Source: Thermoanaerobaculia bacterium (lineage in GTDB: Bacteria; Acidobacteriota; Thermoanaerobaculia; Multivoradales; Multivoraceae). Taken from it: a stretch of DNA of 64,000 nt. The translations under genes and the position numbers were made by a program. This document shows, one piece after another, positions 28,179 through 37,071 of this stretch. The stretch is taken from the NCBI GenBank assembly GCA_965200575.1, contig OZ241363.1, positions 1,722,398 through 1,786,397 on the forward strand, in the 5' to 3' direction. The notes beneath the pieces are model-generated. The model saw only the letters and a list, made by a program, of their open reading frames with translations. It was not told the DNA's origin and did not search any database. How positions within the stretch are numbered: position 1 is the stretch's first letter; each line of letters begins with the position of its first letter.

Positions 28179-29227
28179 GGTTCAGGCGCTCCGTCCGGGT
28201 CGGCCCCGGCGTCCTCCAGGTCCCTGTCGACCAGCGCAAGCGCCAGCAGAAGCTCCTCGAGCCGGGCAAGGTACGCCTCCTCGTCCAGTTCGTCCCGCGC
28301 GCCGCCGGCCTGCAGGTCCTGGATCTGCCGCTGGAGCGCTTCCCGGCGGCCCCACAGCGCGCGGGTCTCGGCGGTAAGCAGGTCCGGCATCGACTCCTGG
28401 CCAAGATGCACGAGGCTCGCCAGCCGACCGTCGTCGGCCGCTCCCTCGGCGGCGATGCCGGTGGGTTCCAGGCTGCCCATGCCGTCGCCGTCGTCGTCCA
28501 GGAGGGCATTCTCGGTCTGGAGCAGGCCCTCCTGAGAGTAGTGATGCTCGACCTCGCTCCGGGCGTACTCGAACGCCTCCAGGGCGGTGGTCCTGCCGTC
28601 CTTGTTCGCGTCCCCGGCGCCGCCGTCGAAAGCGTCGGCAAGGTAGCCGCCGAACAGGGTCTCGTTCGCCTGACCGCCAGACCGGGTGGCGGTGATCACG
28701 ACGCGGCCCTGGCTCGAAAGCGGCGCGATGAAGCCGCCCGAGGCGGAGCTCGCGTTGACGAACACCACCCTGCGGCCCTCGAGCCGGTCCAGGGCGTCGG
28801 CGTACTGGTCGACCACGAGGTCGCGCCCCGGCAGGTTGAAACGGGGCGGGCCGGCCGCGCCGCTGCCGTGACCGAACAGGACGATCCAGACGTCGTCCCC
28901 GGCGGAGGACCGTTCCACCAGGGCGGAGAGCTCGGCCAGCACGTTCTCGCCCGTCGAGCGGGCGTGGATCCTCTCCGGGTCCAGCTCCTCGCGCTCGCCC
29001 AGGTAGACCACGTTCGCGGGATCGAGACCTGCCTCCAGGGCGGCGTCCCTCACCCTGGTGGCCCAGAGGTGGAAACGCTCCGTGTAGGCCTGCTCGCCGC
29101 CCACGCCGGCCACCACCAGCAGGTGGGTCTCGGCCGCGACCGGCGCGACAGGAAACACGGGCGCTGCAAGGACCAGGACGGCGGCCGCAACGCCGGTCAG
29201 ACCGTGGCGGCGGTTCACGCCGGTCAT
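28175..29227 (-). CDS. legumain/peptidase C13-like domain protein with Cys-to-Ser substitution at the catalytic position
   Basis: HLLVVAGVGGEQAYTERFHLWA and VWIVLFGHGS (His site) align with legumain. RVVFVNASSASGGF aligns with MVFYIEACESGS, placing Ser where the catalytic Cys sits. ATGA overlap with the upstream gene; signal peptide. Confidence 0.55.
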   Translation of the reverse strand: MTGVNRRHGLTGVAAAVLVLAAPVFPVAPVAAETHLLVVAGVGGEQAYTERFHLWATRVRDAALEAGLDPANVVYLGEREELDPERIHARSTGENVLAELSALVERSSAGDDVWIVLFGHGSGAAGPPRFNLPGRDLVVDQYADALDRLEGRRVVFVNASSASGGFIAPLSSQGRVVITATRSGGQANETLFGGYLADAFDGGAGDANKDGRTTALEAFEYARSEVEHHYSQEGLLQTENALLDDDGDGMGSLEPTGIAAEGAADDGRLASLVHLGQESMPDLLTAETRALWGRREALQRQIQDLQAGGARDELDEEAYLARLEELLLALALVDRDLEDAGADPDGAPEP

Positions 29228-31542
29228 GCCATCCCCAGGCGTCGCCGCACCGCCCACTCGGCGCTCAGCAGAGCGACCAGAAGCAGGAACAGGAAGGGCA
29301 TGTCCCAGAGGTCCCGCGCCTCGCGCACGACCGCTCCGTCGCTACTCACGGCCAGCTCGTCCTCCAGCCGGTCCCAGCGCCCGACGTCGATCTGCCGTCC
29401 CCCGGTCTCGTCGGCCACCCGTCGCAGCACGGAATCCCGACGGGCCGCGCCGAACAGCTCCTCGTTGAGCTGGTCGACTGCGAAGCGGGACACGGCCGTG
29501 CCAAGGACCTCGCCCTCCGAGGTGGCCTCTACCTCGACTTGATGAAGACCCGGCTCGGAGGCCGTCCAGGCGCCGACGAACTCCCCGTCCCGCTCCACCG
29601 ACCAGTCGAGCGGCACCTCGGCCAGGCTCCCCGACGGCGTCTCCACCGTGGCGACGACCCGAGCGCGGTTCACCTCCTGGAAGGCCTCGTCGCGGACCGT
29701 GGCCCGCAGATGGACCACGCTGCCGGGTTCGAAGCGGTCGCGGTCGGCCTCGACCTCGATGCGGTCGGGAACGTACGACACCAGCCAGCGGAGCATCTGC
29801 CGCCACAGGCGCTCGTGGGTCTGGTCCTCCAGCGGAATGCCCGCGTTCATCTGCCAGTGCCAGGAGTCGTGCGGCGTGAACGCGATCGCCCGCCCGCGGC
29901 CGATCCGGTGGTGAGCCAGCATTACCAGCGGCTCGCTCGCAATGGGGCTCGCCGCCTCGATCAGGACGGTGGCGCCGGCCTTGATCTCGGTCGCGCGCTG
30001 GTAGGAAGAGAGCGGCGGCAGGGTCGGCCAGAGCTGGTTCGACTCCTCGCGGTCGTCGCGCAGCAGGGTCGCCGGATGGGCACGGCCACCGGGCGTCAGC
30101 TCCAGGCGCAGATCCGTCAGCAGTTGGGGTCGCTCCTCGCCAGAGGGGCGCTCCTCCAGCACGACGGGCGACAGCTCCGCGAGCGGCGTGCCGGCGAAGC
30201 CGCCCTCGGAGAACGCCCGCCGTCCGCCCAGCAGCAGCACGCCACCGCCGCGGCGGGCCGCGAAGTCGACCAGCATCCGCATCTGGTCCTGCGTGAAGAA
30301 GCTCGCCTCCATGCTGCCCAGAATCACGCCGCTGTACTCGAAGAGATCCTCGCGGCGGGTCGGGAAGCCGTCGAGTCGCCGGGTGTCCTCGTCGAAGTTC
30401 ATGCCGTAGAACTTGTTGGCGGCCTGCCGCGTCATCGAGACGACGTGCAGGTTCTCGTCCGGACGCACGGCCCGGCGCAGGAACTTGGATTCGTCGCGCG
30501 GCTCGCCCTCGAAAAAGAAAATCCTCTCCCGCCGCTTGAGCACCTCCACGAGCGCGATGCGCTCGTTGTTGAGCAGCAGTTGCTCGCCCGGCTGGCCGGC
30601 CACGCGGAACCGGAACTCGCGGGCGCCTTCGAGATCGGCCGAGAACATGACCCGGGCGGTGACCGCGGACCCTCCGCGCGGGAACGTGACCTGCTCCACG
30701 TTCACGATCCGCCCGTCGTCCTCGACTTCCAGGGCGACGGTGCGGCCGCCAAAGCCGGTCTGGGACAAGGTGACCTCGACCTCGACGCTGGCGCCTTCGA
30801 GCACGCGGCGCGGGGCGACCACCCGGGACACCTCCACGTCCTTCGCGAGCCGGGGCCGCCCGAGCCCGACCGTGTGGACCGGCGTGCCCGCGGCCTTCAG
30901 CTCGAGCAGGGCGTCCGCCAGTTCCGCGGGAGCCGAATCGGCGCCGTCGGAAAGGAGGACCAGGCCCGACAGCGGAAGGCCCGACAGCTCCTCGCCGGCG
31001 GAGAGAAGCGCCTCGCCGATGCGGCTCTCGGAGCGGGAAAACTGCAGCTGCGCACTCGATTCGATGCGCTCGGTGCCACGTCCGAACGCCAGCAGCCGGA
31101 CCTGGAACCGCTCGGACAGCTGATCGAGCAACGACCCCGGTTCTTCCGACAGCGCCTCCAGCACCGTGCCGGCCCGCGTGCCGTCCCGGGCGGCGTCCCC
31201 GTCGGGCATTGCCATGCTGCGCGAGTCGTCGACCACGATGCCGACGAAGGACTCCTGCGGCACGACCGTGGACAGGACCAGCGCCGGCTGCAGCAAACAG
31301 AGAACGAGAACGCAGATTGCCAGCGAGCGGAGGGTCGGAGGCAGCCAGCGCAGGCGCCGCGCCGCCTCGGTACGGCCGGCGGCGCCGCCGATCTCGCGCC
31401 GGTAGCTGAACGCGGCCACGACCAGCAGGACGCCCACCGCCACCGCCGCCAGCTGCATCCAGCCCGGACTGGCGAGGGCCAGCCGCCCCTCGGCGAACAG
31501 ACCCGGCCGGTACTTGAACAGGAACTCGAACAGGCCAGCCAT
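29224..31542 (-). CDS. vWA domain-containing membrane protein (BatA/BatB-like, with C-terminal class-I GATase-like/ThuA-like region)
   Basis: 772 aa, N-terminal TM segments, vWA core (FVGIVVDDSRSM...LLSDGAD), and a C-terminal TM segment. Confidence 0.7.
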   Translation of the reverse strand: MAGLFEFLFKYRPGLFAEGRLALASPGWMQLAAVAVGVLLVVAAFSYRREIGGAAGRTEAARRLRWLPPTLRSLAICVLVLCLLQPALVLSTVVPQESFVGIVVDDSRSMAMPDGDAARDGTRAGTVLEALSEEPGSLLDQLSERFQVRLLAFGRGTERIESSAQLQFSRSESRIGEALLSAGEELSGLPLSGLVLLSDGADSAPAELADALLELKAAGTPVHTVGLGRPRLAKDVEVSRVVAPRRVLEGASVEVEVTLSQTGFGGRTVALEVEDDGRIVNVEQVTFPRGGSAVTARVMFSADLEGAREFRFRVAGQPGEQLLLNNERIALVEVLKRRERIFFFEGEPRDESKFLRRAVRPDENLHVVSMTRQAANKFYGMNFDEDTRRLDGFPTRREDLFEYSGVILGSMEASFFTQDQMRMLVDFAARRGGGVLLLGGRRAFSEGGFAGTPLAELSPVVLEERPSGEERPQLLTDLRLELTPGGRAHPATLLRDDREESNQLWPTLPPLSSYQRATEIKAGATVLIEAASPIASEPLVMLAHHRIGRGRAIAFTPHDSWHWQMNAGIPLEDQTHERLWRQMLRWLVSYVPDRIEVEADRDRFEPGSVVHLRATVRDEAFQEVNRARVVATVETPSGSLAEVPLDWSVERDGEFVGAWTASEPGLHQVEVEATSEGEVLGTAVSRFAVDQLNEELFGAARRDSVLRRVADETGGRQIDVGRWDRLEDELAVSSDGAVVREARDLWDMPFLFLLLVALLSAEWAVRRRLGMA

Positions 31543-31599
31543 CGGGACGGGAAACGAAGGAAAGCGCCGGGAACCGGTTTCAGGGGCGGCAGCGCCGTG

Positions 31600-32532
31600 T
31601 CAATGCGACATCGCGTAGACGACGAAGTTGACCCCCATCTGGTACGCGTAGTGGGAGAAATGCACCGGGAACCACTGGGCTTCCGCCCACTCCCACGCGT
31701 CGCCCAGGTCCGTGTTCCAGTTGATCACGACCATCAGCCGGCCGTCCTCGTCGTGGATGCCGCGCACGTGGGGCGTGTAGCCGTCCTTCTCCCAGGTCGG
31801 ACCGCCGAACACCTGTCCCCGATTCGGCACCTGGACGATCTCGTCCACGTTGTAGAAGCAGTGGAAGATCGGGTGGTCCAGGGGAAGCTCCACGACCTCG
31901 TGGTCCGGCAGCAAGAGGGACAACTCCCGCTCCAGGTTGGCCCATTCCCAGCTGCCCCAGAAGTCGTCGATGACCCAGAAACCGCCGGCCAGGAGGTACT
32001 TGCGGAGCGCCTCGCGCTCGTCGTCGCGCAACGCCATGTAGCCGACCTCGACCGAGTAGAGGAAGGGGTAGAGGAAAAGGTCCGGATCGGTCGCCTCCAG
32101 GGCGTTGTACCAGTCGTAGGCGTCGAGCTGGTCCAGCAGCCGCTTCAGACCGATCATGAACTGCACGTCGGCCTTCGGGAAGTCGACCGACCAGCTGCCG
32201 CGCCCCATGTAGGGGCTGCCGCTGTAGGCCAGGCGAGTGAAGTAGAACTCGCGCAGCACCTCGTCGGGCTCGACCGGCCGTGGCAGGTAGCGCTCGAAGA
32301 GCGGCATCGCCCGCGGCGGCAGGGAACGGTGCTGGCGCCACGAAGTGTCGCGTCGTTCGTCGACGATGCGCCTTTGGGGCGCCGCCGTGGCTGGGGCGGT
32401 CGGGGCGATACCGGTCAGGGCAGCGCCGGTCAGGGCAGCGCCGGTCGGCTCCGGCCCGATCAGCAGCGCACCGGCCCCGCCGGCCAGCAGGGCGGCGCCC
32501 AGAACCATGAATGTCGTTCGCCGCCGCGGCAT
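31600..32532 (-). CDS. DUF4159 domain protein (paralog B)
   Basis: Signal peptide (FMVLGAALLAGGAGA); FWVIDDFWGSWEW...GVNFVVYAMSH C-terminus. An alternative upstream start lies at 32610. Confidence 0.65.
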   Translation of the reverse strand: MPRRRTTFMVLGAALLAGGAGALLIGPEPTGAALTGAALTGIAPTAPATAAPQRRIVDERRDTSWRQHRSLPPRAMPLFERYLPRPVEPDEVLREFYFTRLAYSGSPYMGRGSWSVDFPKADVQFMIGLKRLLDQLDAYDWYNALEATDPDLFLYPFLYSVEVGYMALRDDEREALRKYLLAGGFWVIDDFWGSWEWANLERELSLLLPDHEVVELPLDHPIFHCFYNVDEIVQVPNRGQVFGGPTWEKDGYTPHVRGIHDEDGRLMVVINWNTDLGDAWEWAEAQWFPVHFSHYAYQMGVNFVVYAMSH

Positions 32533-32643
32533 CGGGCGCAGATCGTAGCGCACCCGGCAGCATGGCCCGGGTGTTTTCGCCCCGGACCCTGGCGGCGGCG
32601 GGTCACCCACCCGACGACGCGCCGGGCGAGCCCGGAGGCCGGA

Positions 32644-33399
32644 TCACCGCGGGTCCGGTTTCTGCTCTTCCGGCAGCACCTCGACGCCGCTCATCGACTC
32701 GACCAGGGTGAAGATCAGATCGTCCTCGTCCGCTCCCAGCTGGGCCGCCAGACTGCGCATCACCTGGTCGATGGAAGCGACCAGGGCACTGAAGCGGAAC
32801 TTCCAGCGCCCCTCCTCCAGCACGAACCCGTACTCGATCTCGTCCAGACCGCCAGCCAGCGCGGGGTCCTCGAGCGACGCGCGGGTGCGGGCCTGGCCGA
32901 AGGCCTCACCGCCCTCGATGCGGACATCGCCGAGCGCCAGCTGCTCAATGGCCGCGGTGTTGATCCAACCCAGGTCCATCGCCCGGACGATGACGTCGCC
33001 GAGCTCCAGCGCCGCCAGCTCCTGGTGGTCGAACTGGTGGCGGAAGGCCACGACGAGAAACCTGTCGACGAACCTGCGGGCGGCCACCTCCTCCGCGCTG
33101 CCCTCGACCGTGAGCCGGCGCAGGTCGCGGTAGTACCGCTCCGTCTCCCGGTCGACCAGCGCCGCCGCGGTCTCTCCGTCTCCGGCAACCAGCGCCTCGC
33201 GGTAGGCCTCGAAGGTCGCCCGCACGGCGGCCTCGGCCGCTCGCGCTTCGGCACTGCCTGTGGCCTGCTCCTCGGGCGGCGTCTGCGGGACCGCCCAGGG
33301 AGCCGCTGGCGACCCTGCCCGAGCCGCTGCGCCGGGCGACAGTGCCAGCAGCGCCAGGAGCGCCATCAGGGTCGCCGCCGCCGCCACCGGGTGGCTCAC
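32644..33399 (-). CDS. hypothetical secreted protein
   Basis: GTG start overlapping the upstream stop (GTGA), signal peptide MALLALLALSPGAAARA. No recognisable family. Confidence 0.45.
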   Translation of the reverse strand: MSHPVAAAATLMALLALLALSPGAAARAGSPAAPWAVPQTPPEEQATGSAEARAAEAAVRATFEAYREALVAGDGETAAALVDRETERYYRDLRRLTVEGSAEEVAARRFVDRFLVVAFRHQFDHQELAALELGDVIVRAMDLGWINTAAIEQLALGDVRIEGGEAFGQARTRASLEDPALAGGLDEIEYGFVLEEGRWKFRFSALVASIDQVMRSLAAQLGADEDDLIFTLVESMSGVEVLPEEQKPDPR

Positions 33400-34019
33400 G
33401 CGATCTGCCCCTCCCGCAACAGCCGATTCACCTCCCGAAACCGGGGATGGCGGCGGTCCCGCGCCAGCTCGAACGCAACCGACTCGTGGTTCGTGATCTG
33501 GGCGCCGGCGGCCTGCATCCTCTCCAGCCCGTGCCGCCGGTACTCGGCGCCGCGAGAACTCACAGAGTCCCAGCACACGTGTACGTCCATGCCGCGGGCG
33601 AGCAGGTCGAGAACGGTCTGCACCACGCAGATGTGGGCCTCGATACCGGCCACGACGACCTGGATCTGCGCATCGTCGAGCCCCGGCCTGGCCGCCGCGA
33701 GCGCCTCCTCGAACGCGGGTTCGCCGCAGCAGCCGAACGAGTCCTTCACCACCCTGCGGGTGCGGCTGCCGTCCGGGTCGGTATCGGCGACCGCCGACTC
33801 GACCTGGGCGCTGGTCGGGCCCAGACCCTGCGGATACTGCTCGGTGACGATCACCGGCAGGTCGAAGATCTCCGACAGCCGCAGCAGCCGGCCGACCCCG
33901 TCCAGGACCATGTCGGAGCGGTCGAGCAGGCCCACCAGCCGCTCCTGCAGGTCGATGACCAGGACGACGGCACGCTCCGCATCCAGGGCGGCGACGGGTG
34001 ACGGGGTACTTTCAGTCAT
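33396..34019 (-). CDS. isochorismatase-family hydrolase
   Basis: VVLVIDLQERLV...PVIVTEQYPQGLGPT...VVAGIEAHICVVQTVLDLLARG, the cysteine hydrolase/isochorismatase fold. Confidence 0.8.
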   Translation of the reverse strand: MTESTPSPVAALDAERAVVLVIDLQERLVGLLDRSDMVLDGVGRLLRLSEIFDLPVIVTEQYPQGLGPTSAQVESAVADTDPDGSRTRRVVKDSFGCCGEPAFEEALAAARPGLDDAQIQVVVAGIEAHICVVQTVLDLLARGMDVHVCWDSVSSRGAEYRRHGLERMQAAGAQITNHESVAFELARDRRHPRFREVNRLLREGQIA

Positions 34020-34294
34020 CGGTTCAGGCTCCGGAATCGCGTTTAGGTCTGCTCGGCGTCCTCAGCGTACCCGCAAGTGCCGAACGGACCGGAACCGCGA
34101 CGATCCCGCTGGCCCTGCAGCGGCCCTCGCAAGCGGCTCTCGCCGACCGCGCGCCGGCTGCCCGTCGGCGACTTTGTCGGAGAAGCAGTCGGGGCGTCGT
34201 GCAGGCCGAAGTCGTCGATGGAGCCTGCGTGCAACTGAGACCCTGGAAGGCCTGAGTTGATGGCGCCGCGGCCGGAGGCGCCGAGCCTCCCGCT

Positions 34295-35752
34295 CTACGG
34301 TTCCTGGACGAGGTCGAGGGTGCGGCGCAGGAGCTCGACCGCCTCCGGCCCCGAGATCGCCTCCTCCGGGCGACACGCGGCGTCGTCGTCCAGCAGCCCG
34401 CAACGCGACGCCGCAGCGCAGGAAGCGTCCGTGTCGCCAGCAGCCGGCTCGGTGCCCTCGGCAAGGCAGGAAGCGCCGGCCCCACCCAACCCGGCCAGGT
34501 TGCCGACCCGCAGCATCGCATCCAGCGCCTCGCCTCGACGCAGGTAGCTGCCGGGCGCGAAGCGCCGCACGGCGCCATCCATCGGCATCATCACGCCAAG
34601 GTTCAGCAGGCGGGCGATCTCTCGACGGTGCGGGTGCCCGGCAATGTCGGACACGATCACGGTGCTGCCGCCCTGTCCTGTCCGCAGACCCGGAACGAGC
34701 CACGCCAACAGGGCCGCGAAGTCTCCGCGCAGGAGCCACCGCGCATCAAGGTGCTCGGCCACGTCCTCGGGCAGCAGGCGGCCGCGCCAGGCGAAGCGGG
34801 CGGACGCCAGGCCGGCGGCAATCTCCGCGTCGTCCGGATGCTGCTCCGCCAGGCGCCGGTACAGCTCCAGACCCTCGCCGGCATCGCCGACCTCGACCAG
34901 GAGGTCCGCCTGCCGCCGGCGCAGGTCCAGCGACTCGTCGCCGGATTCGAGAAGGCGGACCGTGGCAGCAAGCTCGGCTTCGGCATCGCCTCGGCCCCGG
35001 GCCACGCGGCGCTCCAGTTCGAGCACGACCGGCGCGTCCGACGACCATGCCCGCAGCAGGTCGAGATCGCGCGCGGCATCGGCGATGGCGCCGGCCAGAA
35101 GGCTGGCCTCGAGGCGCTCGCCCAGCGCCGCAACGGCACGCGACTCCAGGTCTCTCGCCTGCCTCGCGGCCCTCTCGTCGCGGTCGGCAATGCCCCGCCA
35201 GGCCCCCCAGGCCCCGGCCAGGTCGCCGATCAGCTCCAGAGAGCGCGCATGCACGAGCCAGCCCGCCACGTACTCCGGATACTCCGACAGCGTCGACTTC
35301 AGGAGGTCGACCACCCGGTTCGGTTCACCCGCGGCCAGGTGGGTCTGCGCGAGAAGCACCGTGGCCGGCAGCAGGTCCCCAACGGCGCCAGCCAGATCCT
35401 CGGCAGCCGCCCGGGCGCCGAGCACGTCGCCTGCCTCGAGCCTTGCCCAGGCCGCCGCGAGCGCCGCCCGGCTGTCGGCGGAGACGGCCCCCTCGTATCC
35501 CAGGAGCGGCTCGCGAAGGAACGCCCGGACGGCCGGATCCAGGGTCGGGAGCGAGGCGCCCGGCGTCGGCGGGCTCGCCGTGGCCGTACAGCCGGCCACG
35601 CTCAGGACTGCCGCCAGCAGCAGGAGACCGTCCCGGAGGGTGCGGGCCGGACGGAAGTCACGGCGCGCGCCGTGCTGGCCAATGCAGGACGCCGACCTGC
35701 TCACGAGCCCGTCTCGAAGGGACCACCACCGTACGCGGCGCGTCCCGGGCAC
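34295..35752 (-). CDS. hypothetical TPR-like lipoprotein
   Basis: Possible lipobox (LLLLAAVLSVAGC), Ala/Leu-rich helical repeats. The start is probably downstream of 35752, which overlaps miaA. Confidence 0.4.
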   Translation of the reverse strand: MPGTRRVRWWSLRDGLVSRSASCIGQHGARRDFRPARTLRDGLLLLAAVLSVAGCTATASPPTPGASLPTLDPAVRAFLREPLLGYEGAVSADSRAALAAAWARLEAGDVLGARAAAEDLAGAVGDLLPATVLLAQTHLAAGEPNRVVDLLKSTLSEYPEYVAGWLVHARSLELIGDLAGAWGAWRGIADRDERAARQARDLESRAVAALGERLEASLLAGAIADAARDLDLLRAWSSDAPVVLELERRVARGRGDAEAELAATVRLLESGDESLDLRRRQADLLVEVGDAGEGLELYRRLAEQHPDDAEIAAGLASARFAWRGRLLPEDVAEHLDARWLLRGDFAALLAWLVPGLRTGQGGSTVIVSDIAGHPHRREIARLLNLGVMMPMDGAVRRFAPGSYLRRGEALDAMLRVGNLAGLGGAGASCLAEGTEPAAGDTDASCAAASRCGLLDDDAACRPEEAISGPEAVELLRRTLDLVQEP

Positions 35753-36758
35753 CCCGCCGCTTCGACCGCTGGTGCCGCAGTCTCCGGGAGGCCGGAACCG
35801 GTCACGGCGGCGACGATCCGTCGCCGGGCCAGGCCCAGGGCGCCAGCGTCCGACGCATCAACCCAGAAGACCCCCGTCTCCCGACGAAACCACGTCTCCT
35901 GTCGCCTGGCGTACCGGCGCGTCGCCCGCACTGTCTGTTCCAAGGCCTGCTCCAGCGTCAACTGTCCGTCGAGATGCGCGCCAAGCTGTCGGTACCCGAG
36001 TGCCTGAAGCGCCGGCAACTCCTGGCGAGACCAACCGCCCCGGGCGCTCGCGTACCGTCTGAGGCGCTCGACCTCGGCCAGCCAGCCGCTCTCGAGCATC
36101 CGCACGGCCCGGGCCTCGATGGCATCGTACAGAACGGCCCTCGGAAGGGTCAATCCGACCCGAAGGACGGGGCGGTCGAGCCTGCGCTCCACTCCCCGGC
36201 GCTGCCACTTCGACAGCGGCGTGCCGGTGGCCCGCACCACCTCCAGCGCCCGCAGAACCCGCTGCGTGTCGCCGGGGGCCAGCACTTCCGCAGTGTCCGG
36301 GTCGCACTCCCGAAGCTCCGCCACGAGGGCAGGAAGCCCGCTCGCCTCAAGCTCGGACCGCAGCCGCGCCTGCAGCTCTGGTGGAATCCGGGGCACCGGG
36401 GCCAGGCCCTCGAACAGGGAACGCAGGTAGAAGCCGCTGCCACCCACCACGATCGGCTGACGGCGCCGCGTCTCGATACCCTCGATGGCCACGGCCGCAC
36501 GGCGGGCGAACTCCCCCGCCGAGAACCGCTGGTGCGGCGCCAGGACGTCGATCAGGTGATGCCGCACGCGGCAGCGGGCTCGCGGCCCGGGCTTCGCCGT
36601 GCCGATACTCACCTCCCGGCACGCCTGAAGCGCGTCCGCCCCCACCAGTTCGGCAGGACGCCCGCTCCCGGCCAGGTCCGCAGCCAGAGCCATCGCGAAC
36701 CTGCTCTTGCCGGTCGCCGTGGCGCCCAGAACGACGATGACGGACCGGGCCGAGGACA
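35701..36758 (-). CDS. miaA: tRNA dimethylallyltransferase
   Basis: VIVVLGATATGKS P-loop, HHLIDVLAPHQRFSAGEF, and a long match to MiaA. The GTG start is approximate. Confidence 0.85.
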
Positions 36759-36801
36759 CGGGTGGACGGTAGCAGGCTGTCGGACTGCCAGCGACGTGGG
36801 G

Positions 36802-36912
36802 GCTGCGGCCAGAGCCCGGCGTCCGCGACGCCCCTGGCCCCAGTGGGTAGCCACCCGCGAGGCGTGGAAGGAGAAGCTGCGGCCAGAGCCCGGCGTCCGC
36901 GACGCCCCTGGC
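36802..36912. repeat. two perfect copies of a 37-bp direct repeat (gctgcggccagagcccggcgtccgcgacgcccctggc) separated by a 37-bp spacer
   Basis: Copies at 36802-36838 and 36876-36912 are identical. Each contains the inner palindrome ggcgtc-cgc-gacgcc. Intergenic, upstream of miaA. Confidence 0.8.
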
Positions 36913-36962
36913 GGCGGCAAGGCGCCTCGCCCAGGGGCCCCGACCTGGCGGTGTCGACGCAG

Positions 36963-37007
36963 TTTGCTTGCCTGCCTCTTGCTTCCTGCATCTTGCTTGC
37001 CTGCACC
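36963..37007. repeat. pyrimidine-rich tandem motif (cttgcttgcctgc / cttgcttcctgc repeats)
   Basis: ttgcttgcctgcctcttgcttcctgcatcttgcttgcctgcacctc is unusually low in GC and repetitive for this genome. Confidence 0.5.
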
Positions 37008-37071
37008 TCACCAGCGCTTCGCCAACGGCCCGGCATCAACCCTGAGGTCCAGGAGGACCGCAGGCACACGG

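Noticed and set aside
36802-36912. CRISPR array
   Set aside because: There are only two repeat units and no cas genes in the window, so it is better described as a tandem or REP-like direct repeat.
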